A stretch of DNA of 64,000 nt from Leptospiraceae bacterium (GCA_040217195.1 JAVJNR010000002.1:224001-288000), one strand, 5' to 3'; positions 9,447 through 19,482 are shown, numbered from the stretch's first letter. Program-made: numbers and translations. The notes: a model not told the origin generated them from the letters alone.

Positions 9447-10752
9447 CCTGGCAAGAATCGATACAGTACAAAACAGCGGTATGGATGTATGGACAGTCAG
9501 CCGGCTGAATCAGACAATTTCATCAGTCCTTCAAAGCGAATCCGCAATTCAGGGGATCTGGCTGGAAGGAGAAATATTTAATCTTACCTATCATAGTAGC
9601 GGCCACATTTACTTCTCATTGAAAGATGAGCGGTCCACCGTCAATTGCACCTTTTTTCGAGGTGCAAATCAGAAACTGAAGGGTCTGAAACTTCAGGTAG
9701 GCATGCAGATCATGGCCTTTGGCGGTGTAAGTGTTTATCAGCCCCGGGGCAATTACCAGTTCAACGTACAGAGAGTTACACTTGCCGGCGAAGGAGAGCT
9801 GAGACTTCGGATCGAGCAATTGAAGAAAAAGCTTCATGAAGAAGGGTTGTTCAACCCTGAAAATAAAAGGCCACTGCCTTTCTTGCCCATTACGGTAGGA
9901 GTGGCAACAGCACCCACTGGAGCAGCCATACAGGATATCATCCGCGTCTGCCGATATCGGTTTCCAGAGGTTAATATCTTGTTGGCCCCTTGCGTAGTTC
10001 AGGGAGAGGGAGCGATTCGCAGTATTGTTTCTGCCATCGAAGCTTTAAACGATCCATCTCTGGAGGTGGATGTAATTATTGCCGGTCGTGGTGGCGGTTC
10101 CTTTGAGGATTTGATGGCTTTCAATGAAGAGGAAGTGGTTCGAGCCTATGCGAAATCAGAAGTACCCATCGTTTCTGCTGTTGGCCATGAGATTGATTCT
10201 CCACTTTCCGATCTGGCTGCTGATGCCTTTGCGCCTACACCCAGCGCCGCGGCCGAAAAGGTAGTACCGGTTCGCGAGGATCTGGAACAGATGCTGGACG
10301 ATGCAGATTATCGCATGGCCACTGCCCTGGGCCAGAGACTGAGAAATGTGAAAGATCGAGTTGTGCGAGTGGCTGGATCCAATGTTTATCAGAATCCAAT
10401 GGCCATACTCAATCATCCGGCAGAAAAATTACAATGGCAACTACGGGAGATGCAATCCAGCATGCAGAGTCTGTATGTGGAGTCATTGAGAGGGCTGGAG
10501 CGCTATTCTCATTTACCGGTTCTCTATCAAAGGGAGATGGATCGTCATTCTAGAAAGTATTCCTTGCTGGCAGAGAGATTGGACAACTTCAGTCCCCTGG
10601 GTACTCTTAAACGAGGATTCTCCGTGGTTCGAGATTCTACAGGAAAGGTTGTTCGGAAAGCTGCAGATCTGGCCAGGGGACAGGATGTGGAACTACTGTT
10701 CGCAGAAGGCAAAGCACGAGCTACGGTAAATAGTACGGAAAAGTCCTGGTAG
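9439..10752 (+). CDS. xseA: Exodeoxyribonuclease VII large subunit
   Basis: WLEGEI, SGHIYFSLKDE, GAAIQDI, RGGGSFEDL, SAVGHEID and PTPSAAAE motifs; ATG at 9439 overlaps the upstream stop. Confidence 0.96.
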   Translation: MDNLARIDTVQNSGMDVWTVSRLNQTISSVLQSESAIQGIWLEGEIFNLTYHSSGHIYFSLKDERSTVNCTFFRGANQKLKGLKLQVGMQIMAFGGVSVYQPRGNYQFNVQRVTLAGEGELRLRIEQLKKKLHEEGLFNPENKRPLPFLPITVGVATAPTGAAIQDIIRVCRYRFPEVNILLAPCVVQGEGAIRSIVSAIEALNDPSLEVDVIIAGRGGGSFEDLMAFNEEEVVRAYAKSEVPIVSAVGHEIDSPLSDLAADAFAPTPSAAAEKVVPVREDLEQMLDDADYRMATALGQRLRNVKDRVVRVAGSNVYQNPMAILNHPAEKLQWQLREMQSSMQSLYVESLRGLERYSHLPVLYQREMDRHSRKYSLLAERLDNFSPLGTLKRGFSVVRDSTGKVVRKAADLARGQDVELLFAEGKARATVNSTEKSW

Positions 10753-10830
10753 TGCCCGGTGGTGCCGTGGGGTTCTGGAGAACTGAATCCTTTCCAGAAA
10801 AGCCGCTTACAGTCCTGGATTCGATATTAA

Positions 10831-11097
10831 TTATTGGCTGCTTGCCAGAGGGATATAATCCCGATTTTCTTTATTGTAGAGTTCCACGTCCAGGGAACGA
10901 ATGAAGGCGGCCGGGTCTGAGAAAATACGGGTTTTCAGTTTTCGGACATTGTGCTTTCTTCCGCTATATACATCATAGAACAGAAAGCCAAACAGATCCT
11001 CACCCATTTCGACCCGTACCAGATGACCGGCCCGGGCGCCCGTAGTATTTTTGAGCCAGATGGAAGACATTCCAGTCGCACCATTCAGGAAATTCAT
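10831..11097 (-). CDS. Small protein, divergent WGR-domain-like
   Basis: 88-aa ORF with pattern VEMGEDLFG-x8-GR-x11-F...K-x2-RDY, similar to small stand-alone WGR proteins. Confidence 0.5.
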   Translation of the reverse strand: MNFLNGATGMSSIWLKNTTGARAGHLVRVEMGEDLFGFLFYDVYSGRKHNVRKLKTRIFSDPAAFIRSLDVELYNKENRDYIPLASSQ

Positions 11098-11117
11098 TCA
11101 GGTACAAGCAATTTTTT

Positions 11118-11819
11118 ATGATGAAATCTAAAAATCAGCCGATACATCCGGATTTTCCAAAACCGGAAATGGATGCTGAGAAATTTCTGAAAATCTCGGA
11201 AACCTATACGACTCTTCAGGGGGAAGGCTCTCATTCCGGGCTTCCCTGCTATTTCATTCGGCTGGCTGTTTGCGATATTCGATGTACCTGGTGCGATACT
11301 CCGGATTCCTGGACGGGAGGGGATTGGATGTCCCTGGAAGAAATCCTGACAGACGTTCCGGATCACATTGAACTAATCCAGATTACCGGAGGAGAGCCGT
11401 TACTACAGATTAAGCGACTGGGCATTCTATTTGAAAAATTGCATTCAATGCACAAGAAGATCCTTCTGGAAACCGGAGGTCATCGGACTCTACATTCAGT
11501 GCCTTCCTATGTGCATATAATTATGGATATCAAGTTGCCGGATTCTGGAGAGAGTGAACACCCTTTTCAGGAGAACTTCCCCTATCTCAAGAGTGAAGAT
11601 GAAATCAAATTTGTGGTGGCCAGCGAATCGGATTTTCAGACAGCTCTGGAATGGATTCATCGTTTCGATTTGAGCAACCGTTTCCGTCTATTGATTTCGC
11701 CGGTGGCAGGTCTGGATCTTAAGAAGCTTGCGCAATGGATGCTGGACTCAAAATTGACAATGAGACTTCAGCTGCAGCTGCACAAGTACATCTGGGGTCC
11801 GAAGGCCCGCAAGGTGTAG
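11118..11819 (+). CDS. queE: 7-carboxy-7-deazaguanine synthase (radical SAM)
   Basis: TLQGEG, FIRLAVCDIRCTWCDT (CxxxCxxC), ITGGEPLLQ and QLHKYIW; adjacent to queD and queC. Confidence 0.95.
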   Translation: MMKSKNQPIHPDFPKPEMDAEKFLKISETYTTLQGEGSHSGLPCYFIRLAVCDIRCTWCDTPDSWTGGDWMSLEEILTDVPDHIELIQITGGEPLLQIKRLGILFEKLHSMHKKILLETGGHRTLHSVPSYVHIIMDIKLPDSGESEHPFQENFPYLKSEDEIKFVVASESDFQTALEWIHRFDLSNRFRLLISPVAGLDLKKLAQWMLDSKLTMRLQLQLHKYIWGPKARKV

Positions 11820-11822
11820 TAA

Positions 11823-12203
11823 ATGAACCAGGAAGTGGAAATTGTAAAAAAGTACCGATTCGAAGCGGCCCATTTTCTTCCCAATGTTCCGGAAGGTCAT
11901 AAATGTCGTAGAATGCACGGCCATTCCTTTCGCTTTGAGCTAGTTCTTCGAGGTCCTGTAGATCCGATTACTGGATGGCTAATCGATTTTGGGGACATTA
12001 GCAAGGTTGTAAAACCACTGATTGAAGATCACCTGGATCACTACCTACTGAATGACGTTGAAGGTCTGGAGAATCCGACCAGCGAACAGGTTTCTATCTG
12101 GCTCTGGAATCGAATCAAACCCCATTTGAATGCTCTGGCAGAAATTGTAGTTCATGAAACCTGCACCGCTCGTTGCGTCTATCGAGGTCCAGGAAATCAG
12201 TAA
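11823..12203 (+). CDS. queD: 6-carboxytetrahydropterin synthase
   Basis: FEAAHFLP, CRRMHGHSF, LDHYLLN and NPTSE motifs. Confidence 0.96.
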   Translation: MNQEVEIVKKYRFEAAHFLPNVPEGHKCRRMHGHSFRFELVLRGPVDPITGWLIDFGDISKVVKPLIEDHLDHYLLNDVEGLENPTSEQVSIWLWNRIKPHLNALAEIVVHETCTARCVYRGPGNQ

Positions 12204-12917
12204 ATGGCATCCGAGCCAGTTAGAAGATCGGAGTCCGGTGGGAAATGTGTGGTGCTACTAAGTGGCGGTCTCGATTCGGCCACAACTCTCTACTATGCGA
12301 AGTCCCTTAACTACGATGTACATGCACTTTCCTTTGATTATGGCCAGAGACATAGTATAGAACTTCGCAGCGCAAACAAGCTGGCCAGAGCTGCAGAGGT
12401 TTCTGCTCATTCTACTATCTCTGTAGATACAGGAATTTTTCAGACAAGCGCACTGACCGATGTCAGCATCGAAATACCGCAGGACCGAAGTGAGCAGTCC
12501 ATGTCTTCCAGTATTCCGGTAACCTATGTTCCCGGTCGAAACATCCTATTTCTTAGCTTTGGTTTGTCTTACTGCGAAAGTCATGGACTGGATGCTATAT
12601 TTATTGGTGCAAATGCAGTAGACTATTCAGGGTATCCGGACTGCAGACCTGACTTCATAAAGGCATTTCAAGATATGGCTACCATCGGAACCAGGGCTGG
12701 AGATGAAGGAAGGCCCATCAGGATAGAGGCCCCGCTCATTGAAATGACGAAAGCTGAGATCATTTCTATGGGTACGAAGCTGGGCGTAGATTACAGCCTG
12801 ACTTCAAGTTGCTATCAGCCATCCGAGGCTGGCAAGCCCTGCGGTCGTTGCGATAGTTGTTTGCTTAGGGCCCAGGGATTTTCCGTTGCTGGATTGAAAG
12901 ACCCCCTTACAGCTTGA
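12204..12917 (+). CDS. queC: 7-cyano-7-deazaguanine synthase
   Basis: LSGGLDS, FDYGQRH, TYVPGRN, DYSGYPDCR, SCY and CGRCDSCLLR. Confidence 0.97.
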   Translation: MASEPVRRSESGGKCVVLLSGGLDSATTLYYAKSLNYDVHALSFDYGQRHSIELRSANKLARAAEVSAHSTISVDTGIFQTSALTDVSIEIPQDRSEQSMSSSIPVTYVPGRNILFLSFGLSYCESHGLDAIFIGANAVDYSGYPDCRPDFIKAFQDMATIGTRAGDEGRPIRIEAPLIEMTKAEIISMGTKLGVDYSLTSSCYQPSEAGKPCGRCDSCLLRAQGFSVAGLKDPLTA

Positions 12918-12947
12918 CAGCATTTTCAATCATCGCTCATTGAACGT

Positions 12948-13691
12948 ATGTCCTCTGTTCTTGGTGTTATACCCGCACGCTTCGGTAGTACTCGATTTCC
13001 AGGAAAGGTCCTGGCAAAGATTGGAAGCTGGCCCATGATCCGCTATGTTTATGAGGCAGCCAGACAGTGCACAACCCTGGATCATCTAGTCATTGCCACC
13101 GATGATGAAAGAGTAAGGGATGCGGTTCATGAATTCGGGGCCGAATGTCTAATGACTCAGGACACACATAAGAGCGGCACAGATCGTCTTGCCGAAGTTG
13201 CAGATTACTACAAAGATTACGACATTCTGGTAAACATTCAAGGCGACGAACCTGGAATCGAACCAGAACTCATTAATGGCGTGGTGCAACTAAAGAAGGA
13301 TCATCCTGAGTGGGAAGTGGCCACCGCTGCCAGGCCATTTCAATCCAATGAAGATCCGTTGCAGCCAAACCGTGTAAAAGTGGCCCTTACCAGGAAGCAA
13401 AAAGCTCTGTATTTTTCCCGTTCTCTGATTCCTTTTCCCAGAAATAAGACTGCACAGACGGTGTACTTGCACCTGGGTATCTATGCTTATCAGAGAGATT
13501 TTTTACTTCGATTTCATACACTTCCCCTGTCTTTGCTGGAGGACACTGAGTCTCTGGAACAACTTCGGGTCCTGGAAAATGATTATAGCATGGGTGTATT
13601 CCTTGTGGACGGTTCCCTGCCTGGAGTAGATACTGCAGAGGACCTGGCCAACATTACAGGTATCTTCAAGCAGAAAGGCATGTTGCATTGA
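12948..13691 (+). CDS. kdsB: 3-deoxy-manno-octulosonate cytidylyltransferase
   Basis: IPARFGSTRFPGK, SGTDR, VNIQGDEP, ALYFSRS, HLGIYAY and ESLEQLR. Confidence 0.96.
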   Translation: MSSVLGVIPARFGSTRFPGKVLAKIGSWPMIRYVYEAARQCTTLDHLVIATDDERVRDAVHEFGAECLMTQDTHKSGTDRLAEVADYYKDYDILVNIQGDEPGIEPELINGVVQLKKDHPEWEVATAARPFQSNEDPLQPNRVKVALTRKQKALYFSRSLIPFPRNKTAQTVYLHLGIYAYQRDFLLRFHTLPLSLLEDTESLEQLRVLENDYSMGVFLVDGSLPGVDTAEDLANITGIFKQKGMLH

Positions 13692-14899
13692 CGGTACGGG
13701 AAATCCTGCAAGACATTGTTGAGCATATTCGAAATGCCAACAAAGCCAAAGATGGAGAGAAAATCCCCACCTCCGACGATATGGTACGGAGACTGGCTGC
13801 AGAATACGCTCTGGAAAAGGATGTGATTCGTTATTACCTGCGAGTCCTCTCCGATGCGCATTACATAATTACCATTCATTTTGTGGAAGCCGATGAGCGC
13901 CTTATGATTAGCGGCGTGAACGGCTATGTTGTGGCCGAACCCGGCATTGTAGAAGAAGTAAAAAACTACGCCTACAGACTGCTGGAGCAAACCTACGAAG
14001 CCCAGTTTTACAGACGAAAGCAGGCCACACTGATCATCCGCGAAATGATGACGGATGTTAAGCGATACAATAACACTCCTCTTGGAAAGACTCTGAATGC
14101 AGCTCTTATGTTGCAGCAGTATGATTCAGTGATCGAAAGTCATCAGGGGGAGTTTTCGGATCAATGGAAGTCTTCCAGGCTCGCAGAACTTGTACCCGGG
14201 CTAAATCAGGATCCTGGAGCTGCGGCAGCTGCACCGATTGCTGCAGACGATACGTTTGTGGCACCCGATGTGGAGAGCCATCGTGCTGTGGATTCGGAGG
14301 CCTATCGCAACCTGGAGAAGATGGATCTTTCTGGCTCCTGGGGAAAAGCTGTTAACAAATACGGAGTAAACTTTCTTCTACGAATTCATCTGAGAAAATA
14401 TGAATTCGATAGAGTGCGAAAGCTAATCAAGCAAAAGAAAATTGCACGTTACGATGATTTGAAGTATGTTCGGGATTCTGTGCGAAAGATGGAGGATCGA
14501 ACCTTTGAAGATCCAATGTTGCAGTACTACCAGAATGATATGACGGAATTGCGTCGACTGGCACAGATCAAACTAAATCAGATAACCCTGGCAAGACAAC
14601 AGGCAGGTATGGCAGATTCTGAACTGCACGATAGGCCAGCAAGGCCTTCGGTGGCTGCCAGTAGTCCATCCATGCCTGTTAGTCCACCGTCGGATTTTGC
14701 TTCGCCTTCTGACCCGGCTGGCTCCTCCGATGATTCCCCATCGGACTATTCCGTAGAAAGCCTCCCAGATCTAGATGCAGTGGCCTCCGGCGATGATGTT
14801 GCCGGCGCCACATTACCAGATTCTGTGGCCGATTCCCCTGTACCTCCAGATCTGGAGTCGGAAGAGAATGAGGAATCCGACTCCCAGGACGATTACTGA
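13688..14899 (+). CDS. Hypothetical cytoplasmic protein with a long S/P/D-rich disordered tail
   Basis: 403-aa ORF; TTG start overlaps the kdsB TGA; helical N-terminal region and acidic low-complexity C-terminus. Confidence 0.75.
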   Translation: MTVREILQDIVEHIRNANKAKDGEKIPTSDDMVRRLAAEYALEKDVIRYYLRVLSDAHYIITIHFVEADERLMISGVNGYVVAEPGIVEEVKNYAYRLLEQTYEAQFYRRKQATLIIREMMTDVKRYNNTPLGKTLNAALMLQQYDSVIESHQGEFSDQWKSSRLAELVPGLNQDPGAAAAAPIAADDTFVAPDVESHRAVDSEAYRNLEKMDLSGSWGKAVNKYGVNFLLRIHLRKYEFDRVRKLIKQKKIARYDDLKYVRDSVRKMEDRTFEDPMLQYYQNDMTELRRLAQIKLNQITLARQQAGMADSELHDRPARPSVAASSPSMPVSPPSDFASPSDPAGSSDDSPSDYSVESLPDLDAVASGDDVAGATLPDSVADSPVPPDLESEENEESDSQDDY

Positions 14900-14916
14900 G
14901 ACTCGGAGGTAGAGTC

Positions 14917-14945
14917 AGGCCAGTTCCGTTGGAGCCGGCCTTTTC
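14917..14945 (+). terminator. Possible intrinsic terminator between convergent genes
   Basis: AGGCCAGTTCC-GTT-GGAGCCGGCCT hairpin (one mismatch) followed by a short T run. Confidence 0.4.
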
Positions 14946-14946
14946 A

Positions 14947-15798
14947 TCATTCCTTTCCTTTTTTAACCCTTTGCTTCAGAAGATCATCGATTTTGGTTGG
15001 GTCCACAGCTCCGCGATGGGGACTGAGTGCTTCGCCACCATCCATGATGTAGATTGAGCCGGTCATCCAATTCCCTGCATCAGAAGCCATAAAGACAGCC
15101 AGATTTCCAATCTCCTCTGGATGACCGGAACGACCCAGGGGAATGGTGGACTGGAATTGATCGAAGCTTCCCCCCATTTCGAAAGCTTTGGAAACTCCCT
15201 CTGTTATGATCGGTCCTGGAGCAATAGCATTGACTCGAATGCCTTTATGAGCCCATTCCAGAGCCAGAGTTTTGGTAAGTGCATCGATACCGGATTTGGC
15301 TGCAGTGGCAGGAGCCATTCCAACCCAGCCATTATGATGCAATGTCATGGAGATGCTGATGATCACTCCACCGTTATCTTTCATGTATTTATGTGCGGCC
15401 CGGGCACAATAGAAAGTGCCATTCAGGTCAATATCGATGACAGCATGCCACAGTTTATCCCGGAGCTTATGGGCTGGAAAATAGAAGTTACCGGCAGCAT
15501 TGTTGATCAGAATGTCTATCTTGCCCATTTGATCGGCGGCCTCTGCAAACATTCGGTTTACATCGGAAGACTCTACAACGTTTAGAGGCAGACCAATGGA
15601 TTTGATTCCAAATTCATCGGTGAGCTTTTTGGCTTCCTCCTCGCATCGTTCTTTTCTGCGAGAGGCAATTACAACATCGGCTCCGGCCATGGCCAGCCTT
15701 CGGGCAATTCCATTACCAATTCCGGAGGATCCTCCGGTAACAATGGCTACTTTGCCTTTCAATAAGTCTTTTCTGAAGATATTAGCGGGTGCATCCAT
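14947..15798 (-). CDS. SDR family oxidoreductase, 2,4-dienoyl-CoA reductase-like
   Basis: TGGSSGIG, LINNAAGNF, AAKSGIDALTKTLALEW and RVNAIAPGPI. Confidence 0.88.
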   Translation of the reverse strand: MDAPANIFRKDLLKGKVAIVTGGSSGIGNGIARRLAMAGADVVIASRRKERCEEEAKKLTDEFGIKSIGLPLNVVESSDVNRMFAEAADQMGKIDILINNAAGNFYFPAHKLRDKLWHAVIDIDLNGTFYCARAAHKYMKDNGGVIISISMTLHHNGWVGMAPATAAKSGIDALTKTLALEWAHKGIRVNAIAPGPIITEGVSKAFEMGGSFDQFQSTIPLGRSGHPEEIGNLAVFMASDAGNWMTGSIYIMDGGEALSPHRGAVDPTKIDDLLKQRVKKGKE

Positions 15799-15838
15799 CC
15801 AGGCAGATTGACTGAAAAATCAATCCATGCAAGCCTTT

Positions 15839-16885
15839 TCAGGGAAGCTCCAGAAGCACCTTACCCCGATTCTGACCCTGTTTAAAATACTCCAGCGCTT
15901 CTGGTGCCTTTTCATAGGGAAAGACTCGGTCAATTACCGGCGGCTTCCATTTAATGCTCATCATATCCTCGTATAAATCCTTCAGTAGATCCACCTGAGA
16001 ATAGAGCCAGATCAAATTGAAACCCATCACCGATTTGTTGGAGCTGATCATTTCCAGCGGATCAATGCGGTCTCGCCTGAGATACTGCACTGCCAGTTTT
16101 GCATAGTTGGGTCGATTGCCCTGAGGCATGAAATTGGCCGAACCATAATATATGAATCTGCCTGCCGGGTTCAGTCGTTTATACAGTGGTTTAAAGAATG
16201 GAGCTCCGATGGCATCGAAAACCAGATCGAATCCGGACCGATTGAACCTCCTCAGCTTATGGTCCAGCTCCAGCGCAAACCCTTTGCTGGTGCGTACAAT
16301 AATTTGATCTCTGGAAAGCCCAATCTCTTTCTCCAGGAATTCCATCTTCCTATCGCTTCCCACAGAAACGATAGGTAGAGCCCCAAAATGATTGCAAACT
16401 TGCAATGCATGCAGGCCCACTCCACCGGCACCCGAATGAATGAACACTGTGCCTGACTTGAGACGAGAAATGGCTCCCTGGTCTTCCAGGCCATAGTAGG
16501 CAGTGAGTGCCTGCACCGGAAAGGCGGCTGCCTGGGCCTGGCTCCACTTGCCTGGAACTTTGCGCAGGTATCGCACGTCTGCATTAATGTGAGTGGAGTA
16601 CCCGCCAAACCGAATGAGCCCCATGACTCGATCGCCCTTTTTGAATCCGCTCCTTGCACCACCTGGAACCGATTCGATGGTACCTGAGTATTCCAGACCT
16701 GGAATGAAGCTGCCCTTCGGAGTGGCGCTATAAAGTCCCAGAACTGCGAATACGTCGGCCAGATTGAGGCCGCAGTAATTGACGCGAACCCTGGCCTGTC
16801 CTGGCTCCGGATCGGGAAGCGGAATTTCTCGCAGCCTTAGCTTTTCCAGATTTCCAGCAGACTTTTGTATCCATGCATGAGCCAT
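15839..16885 (-). CDS. MDR-family NAD(P)H:quinone oxidoreductase (VAT-1-like)
   Basis: GLNLADV, PGLEYSG, IHSGAGGVG and C-terminal GKVLL. Confidence 0.88.
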   Translation of the reverse strand: MAHAWIQKSAGNLEKLRLREIPLPDPEPGQARVRVNYCGLNLADVFAVLGLYSATPKGSFIPGLEYSGTIESVPGGARSGFKKGDRVMGLIRFGGYSTHINADVRYLRKVPGKWSQAQAAAFPVQALTAYYGLEDQGAISRLKSGTVFIHSGAGGVGLHALQVCNHFGALPIVSVGSDRKMEFLEKEIGLSRDQIIVRTSKGFALELDHKLRRFNRSGFDLVFDAIGAPFFKPLYKRLNPAGRFIYYGSANFMPQGNRPNYAKLAVQYLRRDRIDPLEMISSNKSVMGFNLIWLYSQVDLLKDLYEDMMSIKWKPPVIDRVFPYEKAPEALEYFKQGQNRGKVLLELP

Positions 16886-16972
16886 GAGTCAGTTTTTACT
16901 TCTTCGGATCTCTGGCAAGTTCTGCAAATAATTACTCCAGGGCTGCACGTAAAAAGCCAAAAACTCTGGCTT

Positions 16973-17968
16973 TTAGCCGCGAACGATGAGATAACTCAGA
17001 AAGGCGGCGAACATAGCAAGCAGCAGAACTCCATGAATACGATTCAGGCGCCATTTTTTGCCAAACAATAGTAGGGCCAGAATAAGCACATGGGCTCCAA
17101 CATTCACCGATGCATCTTCGATCTGTGGTTCATGCATTGGAATATCCGATATGCAGGCTGTTATTCCCAGAATGAAGAATGTATTGAATATATTGGATCC
17201 AACTACGTTACCCACCGCCAGATCCGATTTTCCGCGAAAGGATGCTACAGCACTTGTGGCCAGTTCCGGCAATGAAGTTCCGGCGGCCACAATCGTTAAT
17301 CCAATCAGTCCCTCGGATAGATAAAAAGTGCGGGCCAGAGCAACAGCACCTTCCACAATCCAGGCACCGCCAACACCCAGACCTACCAGGCCAAGTACAC
17401 TTAGAACACAGGATAACCAGAAGGGCATTTCTGTGGACGGCTCATCGACGGTAACGGCGGAGATTTTCGATTGGTCCACATCCGTGGGGGCTGCCAGGGT
17501 TGGTTCCACATATGCGGTTTCGTAACTATAGTACAGAAAGATGGCAAAGAAACCAAGTAAGAAGATACCTTCCGATCTGGTAATGGATGACAACAGAGGG
17601 CCCTCGGAAAAATTCAAGGAAGCTGCAAGTATCATCAGTGCTGCGAGCAATGCGAAGGGCAGTTCCTTCCTTACGGTGTTTACATGCACCTGTAGTGGAT
17701 GAATCAATGCGGCCAGCCCCAAAATCAGCAATAGATTAAAGATATTGGAGCCCAGGATATTTCCAGCCGCAAGAGCGGTCCTACCTTCCAGAGCGGAAAC
17801 GATATTGACTATCAGCTCGGGAGAACTGGTGCCGAAAGCTACGATGGTTAGCCCTATAACCAGTTCGGATACGTTGAAACGTCGGGCAATACCGGATGCT
17901 CCTCGAACAAGCGATTCTGCGCCGGCTAGTAGGAATAGCACCCCGGGAATAATTAATGCAATGGTCAT
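16973..17968 (-). CDS. Calcium/sodium antiporter (YrbG/CaCA family)
   Basis: Two alpha repeats: GLTIVAFGTSSPE...GNILGSNIFN and GLTIVAAGTSLPE...GNVVGSNIFN. Confidence 0.93.
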   Translation of the reverse strand: MTIALIIPGVLFLLAGAESLVRGASGIARRFNVSELVIGLTIVAFGTSSPELIVNIVSALEGRTALAAGNILGSNIFNLLLILGLAALIHPLQVHVNTVRKELPFALLAALMILAASLNFSEGPLLSSITRSEGIFLLGFFAIFLYYSYETAYVEPTLAAPTDVDQSKISAVTVDEPSTEMPFWLSCVLSVLGLVGLGVGGAWIVEGAVALARTFYLSEGLIGLTIVAAGTSLPELATSAVASFRGKSDLAVGNVVGSNIFNTFFILGITACISDIPMHEPQIEDASVNVGAHVLILALLLFGKKWRLNRIHGVLLLAMFAAFLSYLIVRG

Positions 17969-18064
17969 CTGGCCCGCATCAAGCCGATGGCCCCTGCGAT
18001 GTCAATCCGGATTTCGCCAGGGAAGTTTGCTGCAGAATGAAAGGCTAGCCCTCGGAGGAGCGGT

Positions 18065-18856
18065 TCAAATCCAGCCTGCGGATAATATGAGTCCATAAAG
18101 ATTGGTAAGTGCAGGAGCCAGTACCAGCGCTGGTAATAGGTTTAGAATCTTGATTGCTTTTAGTTCCAGGATTTCCAGAGCCAGTCCCAGTAGTAGAAGC
18201 CCCCCGACTCCATTTAGATTCGCCAGTGCCTCTGGCTCCAGAAAGGGTGCGATATGGACCGCAGCCAGTGTTAGTGTGCTTTGAAATAGAAAAAGCGGTA
18301 AGGCCACCACCAGGATGACGCCACCAAAGGCGGAGGCCAGGGCGATGGAAGAGATTCCATCCAGTACGGATTTTGCGAAAAGCAAATCAGAGCCCTTGCC
18401 CAAACCTTCCTGGATGCAGCCGAGCACTGTCATGCTTCCCACACAGAATAGCAGAAAAGCATTTAGCACACCATGCATGGGTTGTGGCTTTCCGGATCCA
18501 TCCAGGTTAGAGTTGCTACTCTGTAATCGCTGGGCGGAATTGCTGCCATCCCCTGTTTGCCGGTCCGAGGATTCCAATGAAGGTTTATTTCCAGGGATGC
18601 GGTTTAGCAGAATTCGCAATCTTTGATCCAGGCTTAGAGCTGAACCAAGAGCGCCACCGAGCAAAAGAGATATGAGCACAAGCAATGGATTCTCCGTTTC
18701 CAGAGAAAGCTTCATTCCCAGAAACAGAGTAAAAAGGCCAATGCCGACAAAAGTGGTCTTAGTAATTCGATCCGGGAGCCGCCTGCCAATGAATGCTCCC
18801 AGGGAAGCTCCGATCAGGACGGCAAGTGTATTGACTATGGTTCCCTGTAAGATCAC
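18065..18856 (-). CDS. DUF554 family membrane protein
   Basis: GTIVNTLAVLIG, LLFCVGSMTVLGCIQEG and KSVLDG motifs; GTG start at 18856 overlaps the can stop (GTGA). Confidence 0.85.
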   Translation of the reverse strand: MILQGTIVNTLAVLIGASLGAFIGRRLPDRITKTTFVGIGLFTLFLGMKLSLETENPLLVLISLLLGGALGSALSLDQRLRILLNRIPGNKPSLESSDRQTGDGSNSAQRLQSSNSNLDGSGKPQPMHGVLNAFLLFCVGSMTVLGCIQEGLGKGSDLLFAKSVLDGISSIALASAFGGVILVVALPLFLFQSTLTLAAVHIAPFLEPEALANLNGVGGLLLLGLALEILELKAIKILNLLPALVLAPALTNLYGLILSAGWI

Positions 18857-19482
18857 ACGATTAGTGAAAGCTCTTCGCTCTTCTTTACAGAGTTGACCGT
18901 AACATTTAGATCCTTCAGCATACCATCGCGAATCTGGTAGAACCATCCGTGTAGCGCTGGAAAGTCACCTGCGGCCCACTTCTGTCGGATGAAGGAGACC
19001 TTGGATAGATTGTAGACCTGCTGCCTGACGTTTACCATGGCCATTGCATCGCTTCTTTGATTTGGGTCCGGGATTTTTTCCAGTTCCTCTTTGTGGAATT
19101 GATACACATCCTTGATATGGTTGAGCCAGTTATCCAGAAATCCGAAATTGTCCTGGGACATGGCTGCCTGAATGCCGCCACAGGAAGAATGACCGCAAAC
19201 AATAATGTGACGTACCTTCAGGTATTCAACTGCATAGTAGATTACGCTTAATAGATTTATATCGGAATGGATTACCAGGTTGGCGATGTTTCTGTGAACG
19301 AATATCGAGCCAGGCATGGAACCTGTGATTTCAGTGGCAGGAACGCGACTGTCCGAGCAGCCTATCCAGAGGAAGCGCGGGCTCTGGCCTTCGGCCAGCT
19401 TTTCAAAAAAAGAAGGATCCGCCTTCTTTACATCACCCAGCCAGCGGAGATTACCTTCTAAGAGTTCTCTGTAGGATTCCAT
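18853..19482 (-). CDS. can: Beta-class carbonic anhydrase
   Basis: WIGCSDSRV, FVHRNIAN and VCGHSSCGG zinc-ligand motifs. Confidence 0.95.
   Translation of the reverse strand: MESYRELLEGNLRWLGDVKKADPSFFEKLAEGQSPRFLWIGCSDSRVPATEITGSMPGSIFVHRNIANLVIHSDINLLSVIYYAVEYLKVRHIIVCGHSSCGGIQAAMSQDNFGFLDNWLNHIKDVYQFHKEELEKIPDPNQRSDAMAMVNVRQQVYNLSKVSFIRQKWAAGDFPALHGWFYQIRDGMLKDLNVTVNSVKKSEELSLIV

Noticed and set aside
11098..11170. preQ1 riboswitch upstream of queE
   Set aside because: Only 20 bp of intergenic space and no recognisable preQ1 aptamer.
11118..12917. queE-queD-queC as a Dpd-type 7-deazaguanine DNA-modification or defence island
   Set aside because: No dpdA/tgt paralogue, helicase, nuclease or mobility genes nearby; the proteins are canonical and linked to kdsB, so ordinary queuosine synthesis is the simpler reading.
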